This document shows positions 9,894-19,748 of a stretch of 64,000 bases of DNA, in pieces (the first letter of the stretch is position 1; each line of letters starts with the position of its first letter). The notes below the pieces were generated by a model. It ran no database searches and had not been told where the DNA came from. It saw only the letters and a list, made by a program, of their open reading frames with translations. Made by a program: the position numbers and the translations under genes. Location of the stretch: contig CAVSOP010000009.1 of NCBI GenBank assembly GCA_963729635.1, positions 136,070 to 200,069 on the forward strand. Direction: 5' to 3'. This DNA is from an uncultured archaeon (GTDB taxonomy: Archaea > Micrarchaeota > Micrarchaeia > Micrarchaeales > CABMGC01).

Positions 9894-11115
9894 TCTTCTC
9901 ACTCCTCGCCGCGGGAACGGTCCAGCGGTCCCGCGCGTTCATCCTCGGGACTCCGGACAGCCCGTCGCTGTCGAACTTGTCGAGCATTATTGACATTGCA
10001 ATCTCTTTAACGGTATCGTTGCCGATCCCGGCCAGGTACTTCGACATGAAGCCAGCCACGAAGGCGCGCCTGGCGCGCTCCATCGGCATGCCCCGCGACA
10101 TCAGGTAGAACAGGTCCTCCTCTCCGATTGGCGCGACGGAGGCGCTGTGCGACGCCGAAGCGACGTCCCTGCACTCCACGGACATGTCCGGTAGGAGCTG
10201 CGCCTTGGAGGCGGAGTCGAGCAACAGGCCCCTCTGCTCCACGCTAGAGGCGGAGCCCGCGGCCCCCCCGGAGACCTTCGAGTAGCCCTTGAGCATGCCG
10301 TGCGAGCCGCCCCCCAGCACAAGGCCGGACCTGATTGACGTCCTGCTCCGCGCCCCCGAGTTGAGCATGAAGGCGCCCAGATCGAACGCCTGGCCCACGT
10401 TCCCGAGTACGATCTCGTTCAATGACACTTCGCTCCCAGCGCCCGCGGCCTCGGCGAAGAGGGAGGTCTTCGTGGTGCTTCCCCCGTTGTAGATTACGTT
10501 AAGCCTCACGCTCGCGCCCTCCCGCGCTATGATCCTCCTCAGGTTGCCGACTGAGGTGTTGCCGTTCTCGTTGTGGAGCAGGTTTATCTCGGAGCGGGAG
10601 TCCCTCTCCGCGTGGACCACGTGCAGCGGGGCGATGAGGGTCTTGTTCTCCGACACGGAGCCCCACCACTCGAAGAGGTCGAGCCGCGCGCCCTCCCCGA
10701 CGTTCACGATCACCTCGACCGGCAGGTCCATGCTCCCGCAGACCACGAGGAAGTCGAGCTTCGCGCTCTGGCCCCTGGGCACGTCCACGACTATCTTCTG
10801 CCTGGACGCCTTGAGCATGTAGTGGCCGAGCGACTCCGCTATGGCGTCGTGCCTCCTCTTCCCTGTGTTCCTGATTATCCTCACGAACGGGCTCCCGGAT
10901 TTCAGCCCGCCACCGCCATTGGTCAGGTCGAATCTCAGCCCGGTTTCCTTGGTTATGGCATTCACGAGCCCGTCGATCGCCTTCCTTGCGGTCTCGGTCT
11001 TCGCGCCCCCGGGCATACCCTGGCTCAGCGAGTGCCTGGCGTAGAGCCCGTCGGTCTCCATCGAGACCCTCGCGTGGTCCCCGACCGACCTTTCCGCGAG
11101 TTTCTCGTATGTCAT
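9883..11115 (-). CDS. sufD: SufD-like protein
   Basis: SufBD beta-helix; C-terminal ASHSASVAPIGEEDLFYLMSRG; operon context. Confidence 0.85.
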   Translation of the reverse strand: MTYEKLAERSVGDHARVSMETDGLYARHSLSQGMPGGAKTETARKAIDGLVNAITKETGLRFDLTNGGGGLKSGSPFVRIIRNTGKRRHDAIAESLGHYMLKASRQKIVVDVPRGQSAKLDFLVVCGSMDLPVEVIVNVGEGARLDLFEWWGSVSENKTLIAPLHVVHAERDSRSEINLLHNENGNTSVGNLRRIIAREGASVRLNVIYNGGSTTKTSLFAEAAGAGSEVSLNEIVLGNVGQAFDLGAFMLNSGARSRTSIRSGLVLGGGSHGMLKGYSKVSGGAAGSASSVEQRGLLLDSASKAQLLPDMSVECRDVASASHSASVAPIGEEDLFYLMSRGMPMERARRAFVAGFMSKYLAGIGNDTVKEIAMSIMLDKFDSDGLSGVPRMNARDRWTVPAARSEKNEA

Positions 11116-11127
11116 GATGCCGCCCCT

Positions 11128-12537
11128 TCATCCTACGCCGGACTCGATGTCCAGCTTTATGAGCCTCCTCAGCTCCAGCGAGTATTCCATCGGGAGCGCC
11201 TTCGCCAGGTCGCTTATGAATCCCATTATTATCATCGCCGTGGCGTCCGCCTCCGATATGCCCCGCGACATCAGGTAGAACAGGTCGTCGTCGCTTATCC
11301 GCCCGACGCGGGCCTCGTGGCTGACGAGCGCGTCGTCGCGCCCGACGTCCACGTAAGGGTAGGTGTTCGCACGCGCCCGACTGTCGAGCAGCAGCGAGTT
11401 GCAGGACATGCTCGAGCGGGCGTTGGCGGCGTCCTTGCCGACGTGCGAGAGGCCCCTGAACGTCGAGAGGCCGCTGCCCTTGGAGACGCTCTTCGAGACG
11501 ATTCGCGAAGTGGTGTCCGGCGCGAGGTGGTAGACCTTTCCGCCGCTGTCCTGCTCCTGGCCCTCGCCCGCGAGGGCGATGGAGAGTATCTCGCCCTTTG
11601 AGCGACGGCCCTTGAGGACGACGGATGGGTACTTCATGTTGACCTTGCTGCCGATGTTCGCGTCGATCCACTCGACGTGGGCGTCCTCGTAGGCGTGCGC
11701 CCTCTGTGTCACGAGGTTGTATATGTTCTTGGACCAGTTCTGCACGGTCGCGTACCTTACGTGCGAGCCCTTGAGCGCCACCACCTCCACGACGCCGGAG
11801 TGCAGTGAATCTGTCGAGTAAACCGGAGCAGTGCAACCTTCTAAATAAGTAACTTCCGATCCCTCATCGGCGATTATCAGTGTCCGCTCGAACTGGCCGA
11901 AGTGCTCGGAGTTTATCCTGAAGTACGCGTTGAGGGGCATCGACACTTTGACTCCCTTCGGTATGTAGACGAAGCTGCCGCCGGACCAGACGGCGGTGTT
12001 CAGGGCAGCGAACTTGTTGTCGGTAGGGGGGATCACCGTGCCGAAGTATTTCTTCACAAGGTCGGGATGCTCCTTCACTGCCGTATCAGTATCCACGAAG
12101 ATGACACCGAGGTCGTCAAGCATCTTCTTCGCCCCGGAATAGACCACGCCGGAGTCGAACTGCGCCTCCACTCCCGCGAAGAACCTGCGCTCCGCCTCTG
12201 GGACGCCCAGTTTCTCGAACGTCCTCTTTATCTCCGCCGGCACCTTATTCCAGTCATTGGTTCCCTTGGCGTTTGTCATCTTGTAATAGCTCAGCCCCTC
12301 GAGATCTATGCCGCCGAGGTCCGGGCCCCACTTGGGTATGGGCTTGCCTTCGAATACCTTATACGCGAGGAGCCTCTTCTCGAGCATCCATTCTGGCTCC
12401 CCCTTCAGCTCGGATATCTTCCTGACGACATCTGCAGAGAGCCCCTTGCCGAACTCGCGGTATTTGGCTCGCGTCGAGAACCCGTACTTCTGGTGATAGG
12501 TTCCCGTTTCGAAGGGCCTCTGCTTTTCCTTGACCAT
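11128..12537 (-). CDS. sufB: Fe-S assembly scaffold SufB
   Basis: DNKFAALNTAVWSGGSF, GQFERTLII, YLEGCTAP and FYLMSRG motifs. Confidence 0.97.
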   Translation of the reverse strand: MVKEKQRPFETGTYHQKYGFSTRAKYREFGKGLSADVVRKISELKGEPEWMLEKRLLAYKVFEGKPIPKWGPDLGGIDLEGLSYYKMTNAKGTNDWNKVPAEIKRTFEKLGVPEAERRFFAGVEAQFDSGVVYSGAKKMLDDLGVIFVDTDTAVKEHPDLVKKYFGTVIPPTDNKFAALNTAVWSGGSFVYIPKGVKVSMPLNAYFRINSEHFGQFERTLIIADEGSEVTYLEGCTAPVYSTDSLHSGVVEVVALKGSHVRYATVQNWSKNIYNLVTQRAHAYEDAHVEWIDANIGSKVNMKYPSVVLKGRRSKGEILSIALAGEGQEQDSGGKVYHLAPDTTSRIVSKSVSKGSGLSTFRGLSHVGKDAANARSSMSCNSLLLDSRARANTYPYVDVGRDDALVSHEARVGRISDDDLFYLMSRGISEADATAMIIMGFISDLAKALPMEYSLELRRLIKLDIESGVG

Positions 12538-12545
12538 ACGGATCC

Positions 12546-12905
12546 TCACACCATGGCTGCCGCGTCGCCCGCCTTGGAGAACTTGCACGGGAAGCCGTTT
12601 ATGGCTTTGCACAGGGTGCAGACGCAGACGTCCACGTACTCCTTCCTGCCCTCCGAGATCTGCTCTATGTACTGGTCGATCTGCTTTCTGTGGTTCTCTA
12701 TCTCGGCCTCTATCTCGCCGATCCTCTCGTTGAGGCGCGCGGAGTACTTCCTGCGCACGTAATTGCTTATGGCTGCCTGCGCGACGCCGAGGTAGCCGGC
12801 GACCTCCGTCTCGGTGAGCCTGTACTTTTCTATGAGCTCCCGGGCGATTATCGACCGCGCGATGGGCACGGCCTCGTCGGAAGCGGTCTCGTACTTGCTG
12901 GGCAA
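12546..12905 (-). CDS. HTH transcriptional regulator with C-terminal Cys cluster (COG2522-like), first gene of the suf operon
   Basis: TETEVAGYLGVAQAAISNY HTH; C-terminal CVCTLC...C. Confidence 0.75.
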   Translation of the reverse strand: MPSKYETASDEAVPIARSIIARELIEKYRLTETEVAGYLGVAQAAISNYVRRKYSARLNERIGEIEAEIENHRKQIDQYIEQISEGRKEYVDVCVCTLCKAINGFPCKFSKAGDAAAMV

Positions 12906-13316
12906 GGTATCACCTATAACTCAGTTATGAATAGCGGCACGAACGTATTTAAGGGAGCATGGGCGAAATAATAACATAATCAGTCAGCTAACGAATTTAT
13001 CAGATATATTTATAAATAGTCAGAATTAAGGAACTATGAAATTACTAACTTATTGGGTGCGATTGTGACAAGTGAACCGAAAGGAGAATATAGCAGAGGT
13101 CAGTTCCCCACGATGAAGGTCACGGCAGATGGAGGCGGAGGAAGCTAGTCTAATTTAATTACTATCCAATTTTTGGGAGGACTGCCGACAGGTATCGTGG
13201 CCAATTGCAGATATTGCCAAAGTTTATGTAAACACGTTCTCATATATTCTAATTGGTGCTGGAAGAACAAGACGATGAGCTAAGGATTATGAGCTATCCT
13301 TTCCATAGGGGTATGG

Positions 13317-13838
13317 ATGAGAATTAGTATAAGAAAAGTGGCACGCAATGACTTCGACGGCGTGCTCAGTCTCAACAGAAGTATGTACAAGGAGGTAAGT
13401 TCCAATCGCGATTTTGGAGACTGGGCGTTCTTGAAGAGGCCGTCAAGAAGCAATATGCTCAAGTGGTTCAAGACATTGCTAGCTGAGGCCAAGAAAGGCA
13501 ACGCCATATATCTTGTTGCCAATGTCGATGGGCAAATCGCAGGACATTGCTTCGTTAGGAGCGAACCGCCTAACTCTGAATTGGCCCACGTCGGTGTGCT
13601 ATCTATGCTAGTTAGGAGCGACTATAGGGGCAAAGGCATAGGGGGAAAACTGCTCGATTCTGCAATCAAACAATCCAGAGGGAAGTTTAAGATACTACAC
13701 CTCAGAGTTATGGCTACGAATGAGATTGCTAAAAAGCTCTACATAAACAGAGGTTTCAAGTGCTTCGGTACGGCGCCAAGATTTTACAAAAGAGATACAA
13801 AGTACGTCGACAGAGAATACTATTATCTCAATCTCTGA
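13317..13838 (+). CDS. GNAT-family N-acetyltransferase
   Basis: VRSDYRGKGIGGKLL acetyl-CoA motif; NEIAKKLYINRGF. Confidence 0.9.
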   Translation: MRISIRKVARNDFDGVLSLNRSMYKEVSSNRDFGDWAFLKRPSRSNMLKWFKTLLAEAKKGNAIYLVANVDGQIAGHCFVRSEPPNSELAHVGVLSMLVRSDYRGKGIGGKLLDSAIKQSRGKFKILHLRVMATNEIAKKLYINRGFKCFGTAPRFYKRDTKYVDREYYYLNL

Positions 13839-13861
13839 AAATTCCTTATACGCCTAACATC

Positions 13862-15250
13862 CTATGTCCTATTCTTCCGTAACTGATCTGATGTCTCGGC
13901 CAATATACTTTGTTGCCTGGAATGAGTGTTATCGAACCTCCTGTAACACAGATTTCCTACAAGCACATTCGTAATCATTAACGCGGATGCCTTGACACCC
14001 TTGATCTTTCTGCCAATTTCCTCAAGTGTCCTATCCAACTCATCCCCCTCCATTGCGGGCATGAAAAGCACTATGCTCTCAGGCGCACCTATGTCGCCCA
14101 CATAGGCATATTTGTTGATAAAATTACCATAAGTTATGACTTCCTTCAACAGTTCCGCACGGGTGCCCAAATATTCCCTGCCGTTCTCATATCTGAGTAG
14201 GAGTATGCTCAAATACTTTATCGGAAGTTTCTCCATTGTGATTGTTATTCTGTGTATTATCTCCTTTTCATCTTTAAGGCGGTAATAAGTATACCTCGAA
14301 GTGTTAGGCGACATATGGCTATCCCTATCAATCTCTGAGAAATCTCTCGCGCCATTCATATTGAGTGCCCTCAAGACGTCAAATTCTCGTTGTGTAATCT
14401 GGTTTGGACCTAGCGTTGGTGTCTTCTCGCTCCTCTCCCATATCTTGTTCTTTAGTACCTTCTCGAAGAATTCATCCCTGAAGGGCACGAAGCCATAGTT
14501 CACAGATATTGGCGACAGCCACCAAGTCGCTTCGTACGCGCCAAGCGCGCTCTGTGACCTGAGTCTCCACAAGGTATCCATTGCCGTTCCGCTTTTTTCG
14601 TCGAAGATATACATCACTAAGTCATAGTCTCCTTTCGCCATTGCCGCGAACTGAACTTTTGGCTCATCAGACACTGTTTTCTTCAGCTCTTCTAGAGAGG
14701 GATGCTGCTCTGTGAACTTGGCAAAAACTATGAACTCTATGAAGCCCAGCTTGTGCATCCCTATCTCGGCCAGATACCTTATTCCATACTTCTTCTCCAG
14801 CTTCTTGACCCTGGCGTAGGCCGCCGAGGGGCTCAGGCCCACTAACTTGCCACTGTGCGCGAAGCTGGTCCTCGCGTTCATGCTAAGGGCCATGAGAAGC
14901 TTGGTGTCTATCTCACTGGCTTCGATGGGTGCCGGCTCTGGCAGTTTAGCCCCCCCCTCACCTTCCTTTCTCTCGGGCCACACTATGCTCCCGCCCTTCT
15001 CCAGGATGAGGGCCTTGGCCCTATCGAGCTCGTCAGCATAGGCGGCGATTTTCTTGATGTAGGTGCCGTTATCTAGTATCCTTCCAAGGTACTCCGACTT
15101 CACCCTAGTCTTCTTCCTCTCCTTGTCCCAGGTGCCCGACTCCTTGTAGACGTAGTACCTGCCACCTATGGCCTTCAGGTAGATCTTGCCGGCGCTCTCT
15201 CCTCTGAGCTTCCCGAAGGCCTTTGCCACTTCCGACGGTACTTTTACCAT
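13862..15250 (-). CDS. Large tandem Lrp/AsnC-type regulator with a transposase-like N-terminal segment
   Basis: Two HTH+RAM units (DTKLLMALSMNARTSF...ARVKKLE; EFDVLRALNMNGARDFSEI). N-terminus YYVYKESGTWDKERKKTRVKSEYLGRI. Confidence 0.75.
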   Translation of the reverse strand: MVKVPSEVAKAFGKLRGESAGKIYLKAIGGRYYVYKESGTWDKERKKTRVKSEYLGRILDNGTYIKKIAAYADELDRAKALILEKGGSIVWPERKEGEGGAKLPEPAPIEASEIDTKLLMALSMNARTSFAHSGKLVGLSPSAAYARVKKLEKKYGIRYLAEIGMHKLGFIEFIVFAKFTEQHPSLEELKKTVSDEPKVQFAAMAKGDYDLVMYIFDEKSGTAMDTLWRLRSQSALGAYEATWWLSPISVNYGFVPFRDEFFEKVLKNKIWERSEKTPTLGPNQITQREFDVLRALNMNGARDFSEIDRDSHMSPNTSRYTYYRLKDEKEIIHRITITMEKLPIKYLSILLLRYENGREYLGTRAELLKEVITYGNFINKYAYVGDIGAPESIVLFMPAMEGDELDRTLEEIGRKIKGVKASALMITNVLVGNLCYRRFDNTHSRQQSILAETSDQLRKNRT

Positions 15251-15448
15251 AGTTATATAGTGACTGTAATGATTATTTAACCTTTTGTTATATTATATGT
15301 CGGATAACTATTGTATAATATATAAAAATACAAATTATAGACATTTAATAGGGTATGGTGGGCGTTTTTCTAGAGATAACTAGGTCATGATTATATAGGA
15401 AGCCTGCGTTAAGGGTTATCAGGGAATACCAGACAGTCGATTAGGTGC

Positions 15449-15832
15449 GTGGAACATTTTTTGAGAATGCCCATTCTTGAAAGTCCATCCCTCCGCGCAC
15501 CTAGTCATTCATGCTTTACAGGCGGTTCCGTGGTGAGGAGAACGAGCAAAATAACGTGTAGTGGCAACGTGGTCAGGAACTCCACAAGGAGCAATTTTAT
15601 CCTGATCCGGCCTAGGGCGCTGGGCAATGCGGATTTGACCGCGAAGGCCATAGCGATCTGCAAGGGGGTAAGGAAGGTTTTCGTGACCAGCGGTGCCTAC
15701 GGCTTCATAGTATCCACCAACAAGGAGGAGAGCTCGGACGAGATACGCGCGGTGGTGGGGAAGACGGCAGGAAGCCAGAGGACCAAGGTAGCAAGGGGAC
15801 ATTACGTTTACGCCTGCAGGGCGAGGGGATGA
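15449..15832 (+). CDS. Probable stand-alone Lrp/AsnC ligand-binding (RAM) domain protein; start uncertain
   Basis: FILIRP...AKAIAICKGVRKVFVTSGAYGFIV resembles the RAM consensus. Confidence 0.5.
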   Translation: MEHFLRMPILESPSLRAPSHSCFTGGSVVRRTSKITCSGNVVRNSTRSNFILIRPRALGNADLTAKAIAICKGVRKVFVTSGAYGFIVSTNKEESSDEIRAVVGKTAGSQRTKVARGHYVYACRARG

Positions 15833-16008
15833 ACATGAGGAATTCCAAATTGCAAACGATACAGATAATGGTCAACGTATACGGCAAGGCAAGGCCCGCG
15901 GCGAAGAAGTACTCTTGCTGGCTCTGCGACAAGGAGTGCAAGGGAACTACCGAATATCTCATGCATCTCCAGGAGCATAAGGAGGCTATAGAGAGACAGA
16001 ATATCTAG
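15829..16008 (+). CDS. C2H2 zinc-finger microprotein (59 aa; below the ORF-track cutoff)
   Basis: MNMRNSK...YSCWLCDKECKGTTEYLMHLQEH = C-x2-C-x12-H-x3-H. ATGA overlap with the upstream stop. Confidence 0.7.
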   Translation: MNMRNSKLQTIQIMVNVYGKARPAAKKYSCWLCDKECKGTTEYLMHLQEHKEAIERQNI

Positions 16009-16355
16009 AAGTCCATGAGGGCTTCGGAAACGCCATGACCATCGAAGCAAAGATAGTACACGATGCCGACGTGTTGGACAAAATGGGTCATCTTGGAGTG
16101 ATTAGGCAGACTTGGAAGAAAGCCAATTCCGGAGTCGTGACGGAGACGATAGCGGAAGAACTGGAACCCCATTTAGATAGGAGGGAGAAAAGGCTGTACA
16201 CTGAAACGGCAAAGGAGGCGGGATCGGAACTCAATCGCAACCTCGGGCCGTTCTTCACGATGCTGCGCAAGCAGCTCAAGGATGGGCCTTTCTATAGGTG
16301 GAGGCCTGCTAAGGCCCTCCGCACCCCCTATAGACTGCTGTTGGATAAACTCTAG
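16005..16355 (+). pseudogene. C-terminal fragment of an HD-domain phosphohydrolase
   Basis: EVHEGFGNAMTIEAKIVHDADVLDKMG. The N-terminal H...HD half is missing, and there is an in-frame stop at 15978. Confidence 0.65.
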
Positions 16356-16366
16356 TCTAATTGAAG

Positions 16367-16810
16367 TTAGATGAACTCGGTCTTAAGCTGCTTCAGGGAA
16401 CTGAGAGAGGTCGTCTTCATGATGCCCTTCTTCGAAAGCACGTTCTTCACGAACTGGTAGTATTCGTCGATGTCCTTCGTTCGCACTTTTATCAGCATCT
16501 CCCAGCCACCGGTGATTATGTCTATGCTCTCGATCTGGGGGTAGCCCAGGAGCTCCTTCCCGATCCTCTCCGGGTTGCCGTACTCGTCTGGCGCCAGATT
16601 CAGGAGCACGAAGCAGCAGAAACCCTCGTCTATCCTCTTGTAGTCGAAGACAGCCTTGTAACCCTTCACGACTCCTTCCTTCTCCATCTGCTTCAGATTG
16701 TAGTGTATCGTGGTCGAAGGCTCCTTGAGTTTCTTCGCTAACTCGACAATCCGGGGCGCGCAGTACCCTGTCTTCAACAGGCTGACAATCTCCCGCCTTA
16801 TGTTCTTCAT
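16367..16810 (-). CDS. Lrp/AsnC family transcriptional regulator
   Basis: ELAKKLKEPSTTIHYNLKQMEKEGVVKGY...IITGGWEMLIKV. Divergent from the ligase gene. Confidence 0.9.
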   Translation of the reverse strand: MKNIRREIVSLLKTGYCAPRIVELAKKLKEPSTTIHYNLKQMEKEGVVKGYKAVFDYKRIDEGFCCFVLLNLAPDEYGNPERIGKELLGYPQIESIDIITGGWEMLIKVRTKDIDEYYQFVKNVLSKKGIMKTTSLSSLKQLKTEFI

Positions 16811-16920
16811 GATTATTGAATATTACGCAATATTTATACCTTTTTTGGTCTATAATTCGAATTTTATTAGACAACCTAGTTATTGAGCCTACACCAAAAG
16901 CATTACTATACGAAAGCACG

Positions 16921-18342
16921 ATGGCGAGAAACATGAAAGAACGACATTTGAAGCCTGCTTCGGCCAAGGGCATACGGGAATGCCTGAATTCTCCCCTGGA
17001 GATAGGGATGCACAACAGTTTCGCGATGCAGGCCAGCGCCGTGCTGCGCGACGAGGGACGCTTCTCCAAGGACTACCACAAGGTGATTGTCGGCTTCGAG
17101 ACGGAGCACGGTCTCGTAGACAAGAACATGGAACAGGTCACAGAGGAGGCGCGGAACCGGATAATTGCGGGCCTGGAGTTCGCAGACGTGGAGCTCGGCG
17201 CATCGCAGCTGGAGCTGCGCACCGATAAGTTCGAGCTCAGGGGAATAAACGACATAGCGATCCGGCTCTGGAGGAACGACTGCGCAATACTCGAGCGCAT
17301 CGAGGAAGAGCAGGCCAAGCTCGTCCGCGGAGGCACGAACCCCTTCATACCCCTTCAGGAGATAAGAAGGACCACGAACCTGAAGTACACCCTGGTCCCC
17401 GATTTCCATGACAGACATAAGAGCGCCTTCGTGCCCGACAGGTTCGGGAGTGCACAGGATATGATAGACCCTAGGCCGGCGAAGATAATCTCTCTGTTCA
17501 ATTCGATACAGTGCAACATGGAAGCGAAGGGCTTCGGAGACGCGATTGAGAAGGCCAACTACTCGTACATGATAGCACCTTTTGCGATCGCCCTAGGCAA
17601 CAACGCACGGTTCATGGACTGCAAGGACCTGCACTTCGGCGACGTAAGGATGCCTTTGTGGGAAATAAGTCACGATACGAGGAGCATGGAGGAGACGCTC
17701 GTGGACAAGGCGACGCGTGTGGGCAGGTACGACTCGTACTTAAAATCGATGCGAGATTACTTCGCAAGAGCTGCCGCTAACCCTCTCATAATCGACAAAC
17801 CGCAGGACGCGCTAAAGATAGGCATCGGACTGTTCTGGAAGGACGTTAGGATAAAGGTGATTGGCGACTCCTGTGTCGTGGAGTTCAGGCCTATCTCTAC
17901 GCAGCCGACTCCAATTGAAGACGCGGCCATGCATGCCTTCTACTTAGGTAGGTTGGCATTTGCCCAAGAGACGCGAGAGCCACTGATGAAGATATGGTTC
18001 GTTAACGCGAACAGAACGATGACCATGAAGTCTGGCCTAGACACATGGCTCTGCTACTCTGGCGAGGGCGGCGATACCTACGTGGGACCCGCCAGAGTTG
18101 TCTTGGCAGAGGAGCTCAAAAAGGCCAAGGAGGGCCTGAAGTTCATGAACATACGGGAGGACGGCTTCCTTAATCTCCTGAGGAACAGGCTGCGGGAGGG
18201 TACGCCTTCGGACAGGCTGGCGTCTCTCTTCAAGAAATCCAGAGGCAAAGGCACGGCGCGCAAGGAGGCCCTCGCGGAGAGCCTGAGGCAGGTGAGGGAG
18301 ATTGCAGGTATGGACACAAAGCACGAAGAGGCGCACGTCTAG
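16921..18342 (+). CDS. Glutamate-cysteine ligase (GCS2)-like carboxylate-amine ligase
   Basis: VGFETEHGLVD, ELGASQLEL, NSIQCN, WKDVR and VEFRPISTQPT correspond to GCS2 motifs. Confidence 0.7.
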   Translation: MARNMKERHLKPASAKGIRECLNSPLEIGMHNSFAMQASAVLRDEGRFSKDYHKVIVGFETEHGLVDKNMEQVTEEARNRIIAGLEFADVELGASQLELRTDKFELRGINDIAIRLWRNDCAILERIEEEQAKLVRGGTNPFIPLQEIRRTTNLKYTLVPDFHDRHKSAFVPDRFGSAQDMIDPRPAKIISLFNSIQCNMEAKGFGDAIEKANYSYMIAPFAIALGNNARFMDCKDLHFGDVRMPLWEISHDTRSMEETLVDKATRVGRYDSYLKSMRDYFARAAANPLIIDKPQDALKIGIGLFWKDVRIKVIGDSCVVEFRPISTQPTPIEDAAMHAFYLGRLAFAQETREPLMKIWFVNANRTMTMKSGLDTWLCYSGEGGDTYVGPARVVLAEELKKAKEGLKFMNIREDGFLNLLRNRLREGTPSDRLASLFKKSRGKGTARKEALAESLRQVREIAGMDTKHEEAHV

Positions 18343-18413
18343 AGTGCGCGCCCCACGCGCTAGGTAGGGTATTATAAGTCCTGAAGAGTCTGGGATATGC
18401 AGAGGTGTTCAAG

Positions 18414-19091
18414 TTGTGCAGAATGTTCGCGTACGTAGGGGATTCGCGGAAGGATCTCGCGAGGCTGTACGCCGGCCTAAAGAAGGCGGCGGAATACGAC
18501 CGGACCATACCCGAATCATGGAAGGGGGGCAAGAGCCACAGGGACGGATGGGGCTGCGTAATCCTGACGAACGGCAGCCTTACGCATTACCGCTCGAAAG
18601 TTCCAATATTCAGGGACGAATTCACGATCCCCGCGATAACGGGCAAGACATACGCCATATTCCATGCAAGGAAGAGATCACCCAAGAACCCTGCAGGGAA
18701 CCCAATTTTCTCGCACCCCTTTATGGTGGAGAGCGAAAGAAAGGTGATATTCCTGGCTCATAACGGAGGGTTGAGGATAAAGGTCCCACCTGACACCGTG
18801 GATACTGAGATTGCGCTGCGGGAGATAGCAAAGCGCGGCGGGCTGAAGGAGGCGATGCCCAAGCTGCAGATGATGAAGTACACCACTCTGAATCTGCTGC
18901 TCCTTGAGATAGATAGGGAGAGCCGCAAGGCGGAGATAGAGTGCTTCAGCAAGTGGAATGACCCTAGCAGGGACGCCTATTCCCAGCTGTACATCAAGGA
19001 CATGGAAGGGGGAATAGCGGTATTCTCCTCGACCATGAACGACGGTCTGAAAGGGGAGAAGTTCGCGCAGGAAAACATACTGAAGCTATGA
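18414..19091 (+). CDS. Class II (Ntn) glutamine amidotransferase / EgtC-YafJ-like hydrolase
   Basis: A TTG start after a GAGGTG RBS gives M-C-R-M-F (N-terminal Cys nucleophile). HRDGWG, FHARK, SHPF, AHNG and DTE motifs. Confidence 0.85.
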   Translation: MCRMFAYVGDSRKDLARLYAGLKKAAEYDRTIPESWKGGKSHRDGWGCVILTNGSLTHYRSKVPIFRDEFTIPAITGKTYAIFHARKRSPKNPAGNPIFSHPFMVESERKVIFLAHNGGLRIKVPPDTVDTEIALREIAKRGGLKEAMPKLQMMKYTTLNLLLLEIDRESRKAEIECFSKWNDPSRDAYSQLYIKDMEGGIAVFSSTMNDGLKGEKFAQENILKL

Positions 19092-19247
19092 ATGGAAGTC
19101 GCGATCATGCACTCGACCCGGATATTCAGTAGCACGAGGGCGGCAGGAACCTATAGAAACGAATAAGTTAAAAATGAAGTTAAAGGAGGTAGCATCGCAA
19201 ACCAGGATTGGCATGAACTTAAGAGCACAGATCCGCGTGCAGCGCTC

Positions 19248-19712
19248 GTGGAGTTGCTGAACGAACTCCAAGTGGAATATTCCCTCATCGAGCACAGTAA
19301 GAGCGGAAAGACTTCTGAATTGGCCGCCGAGGCTATGGGGGAAGAGCGCGGCAACATAATCAAGTCCATGCTGCTTAAGAACGACAAGTCGGAGTACCTT
19401 GGTATCGTAATCGGCGGAGATCAAAAAATAGACTTCGACAAATTGCGGGAATGCGCGAGGGCCAAGGGAAAGTTCAAGTCAAACAAGTTCAGTCTCGCGC
19501 GGCCGGAGGAGATAAAAAAGATGTTGGGATTCGACGTAGGTGGCGTGCCCCCCTTCGCCTTCTACATGAATGGCATTGCGGCATTTGTCGATACGGGCGT
19601 AGAGAAGAAGGATCACGTTATCGGGGCAGGGGGTAACGAATTCAGCGGCATAAGGTTCTCTCCAGGGGAACTCTCGAAATTCGGATACCTATTCAAGGAA
19701 GTGAGCCGGTAA
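19248..19712 (+). CDS. YbaK/ProXp-type aminoacyl-tRNA deacylase; start uncertain
   Basis: IIKSMLL, GFDVGGVPPF and IGAGG motifs. Confidence 0.85.
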   Translation: MELLNELQVEYSLIEHSKSGKTSELAAEAMGEERGNIIKSMLLKNDKSEYLGIVIGGDQKIDFDKLRECARAKGKFKSNKFSLARPEEIKKMLGFDVGGVPPFAFYMNGIAAFVDTGVEKKDHVIGAGGNEFSGIRFSPGELSKFGYLFKEVSR

Positions 19713-19748
19713 GCGGATTTTGCCTCTCCTTAGTCAGGAGTTAGACAT

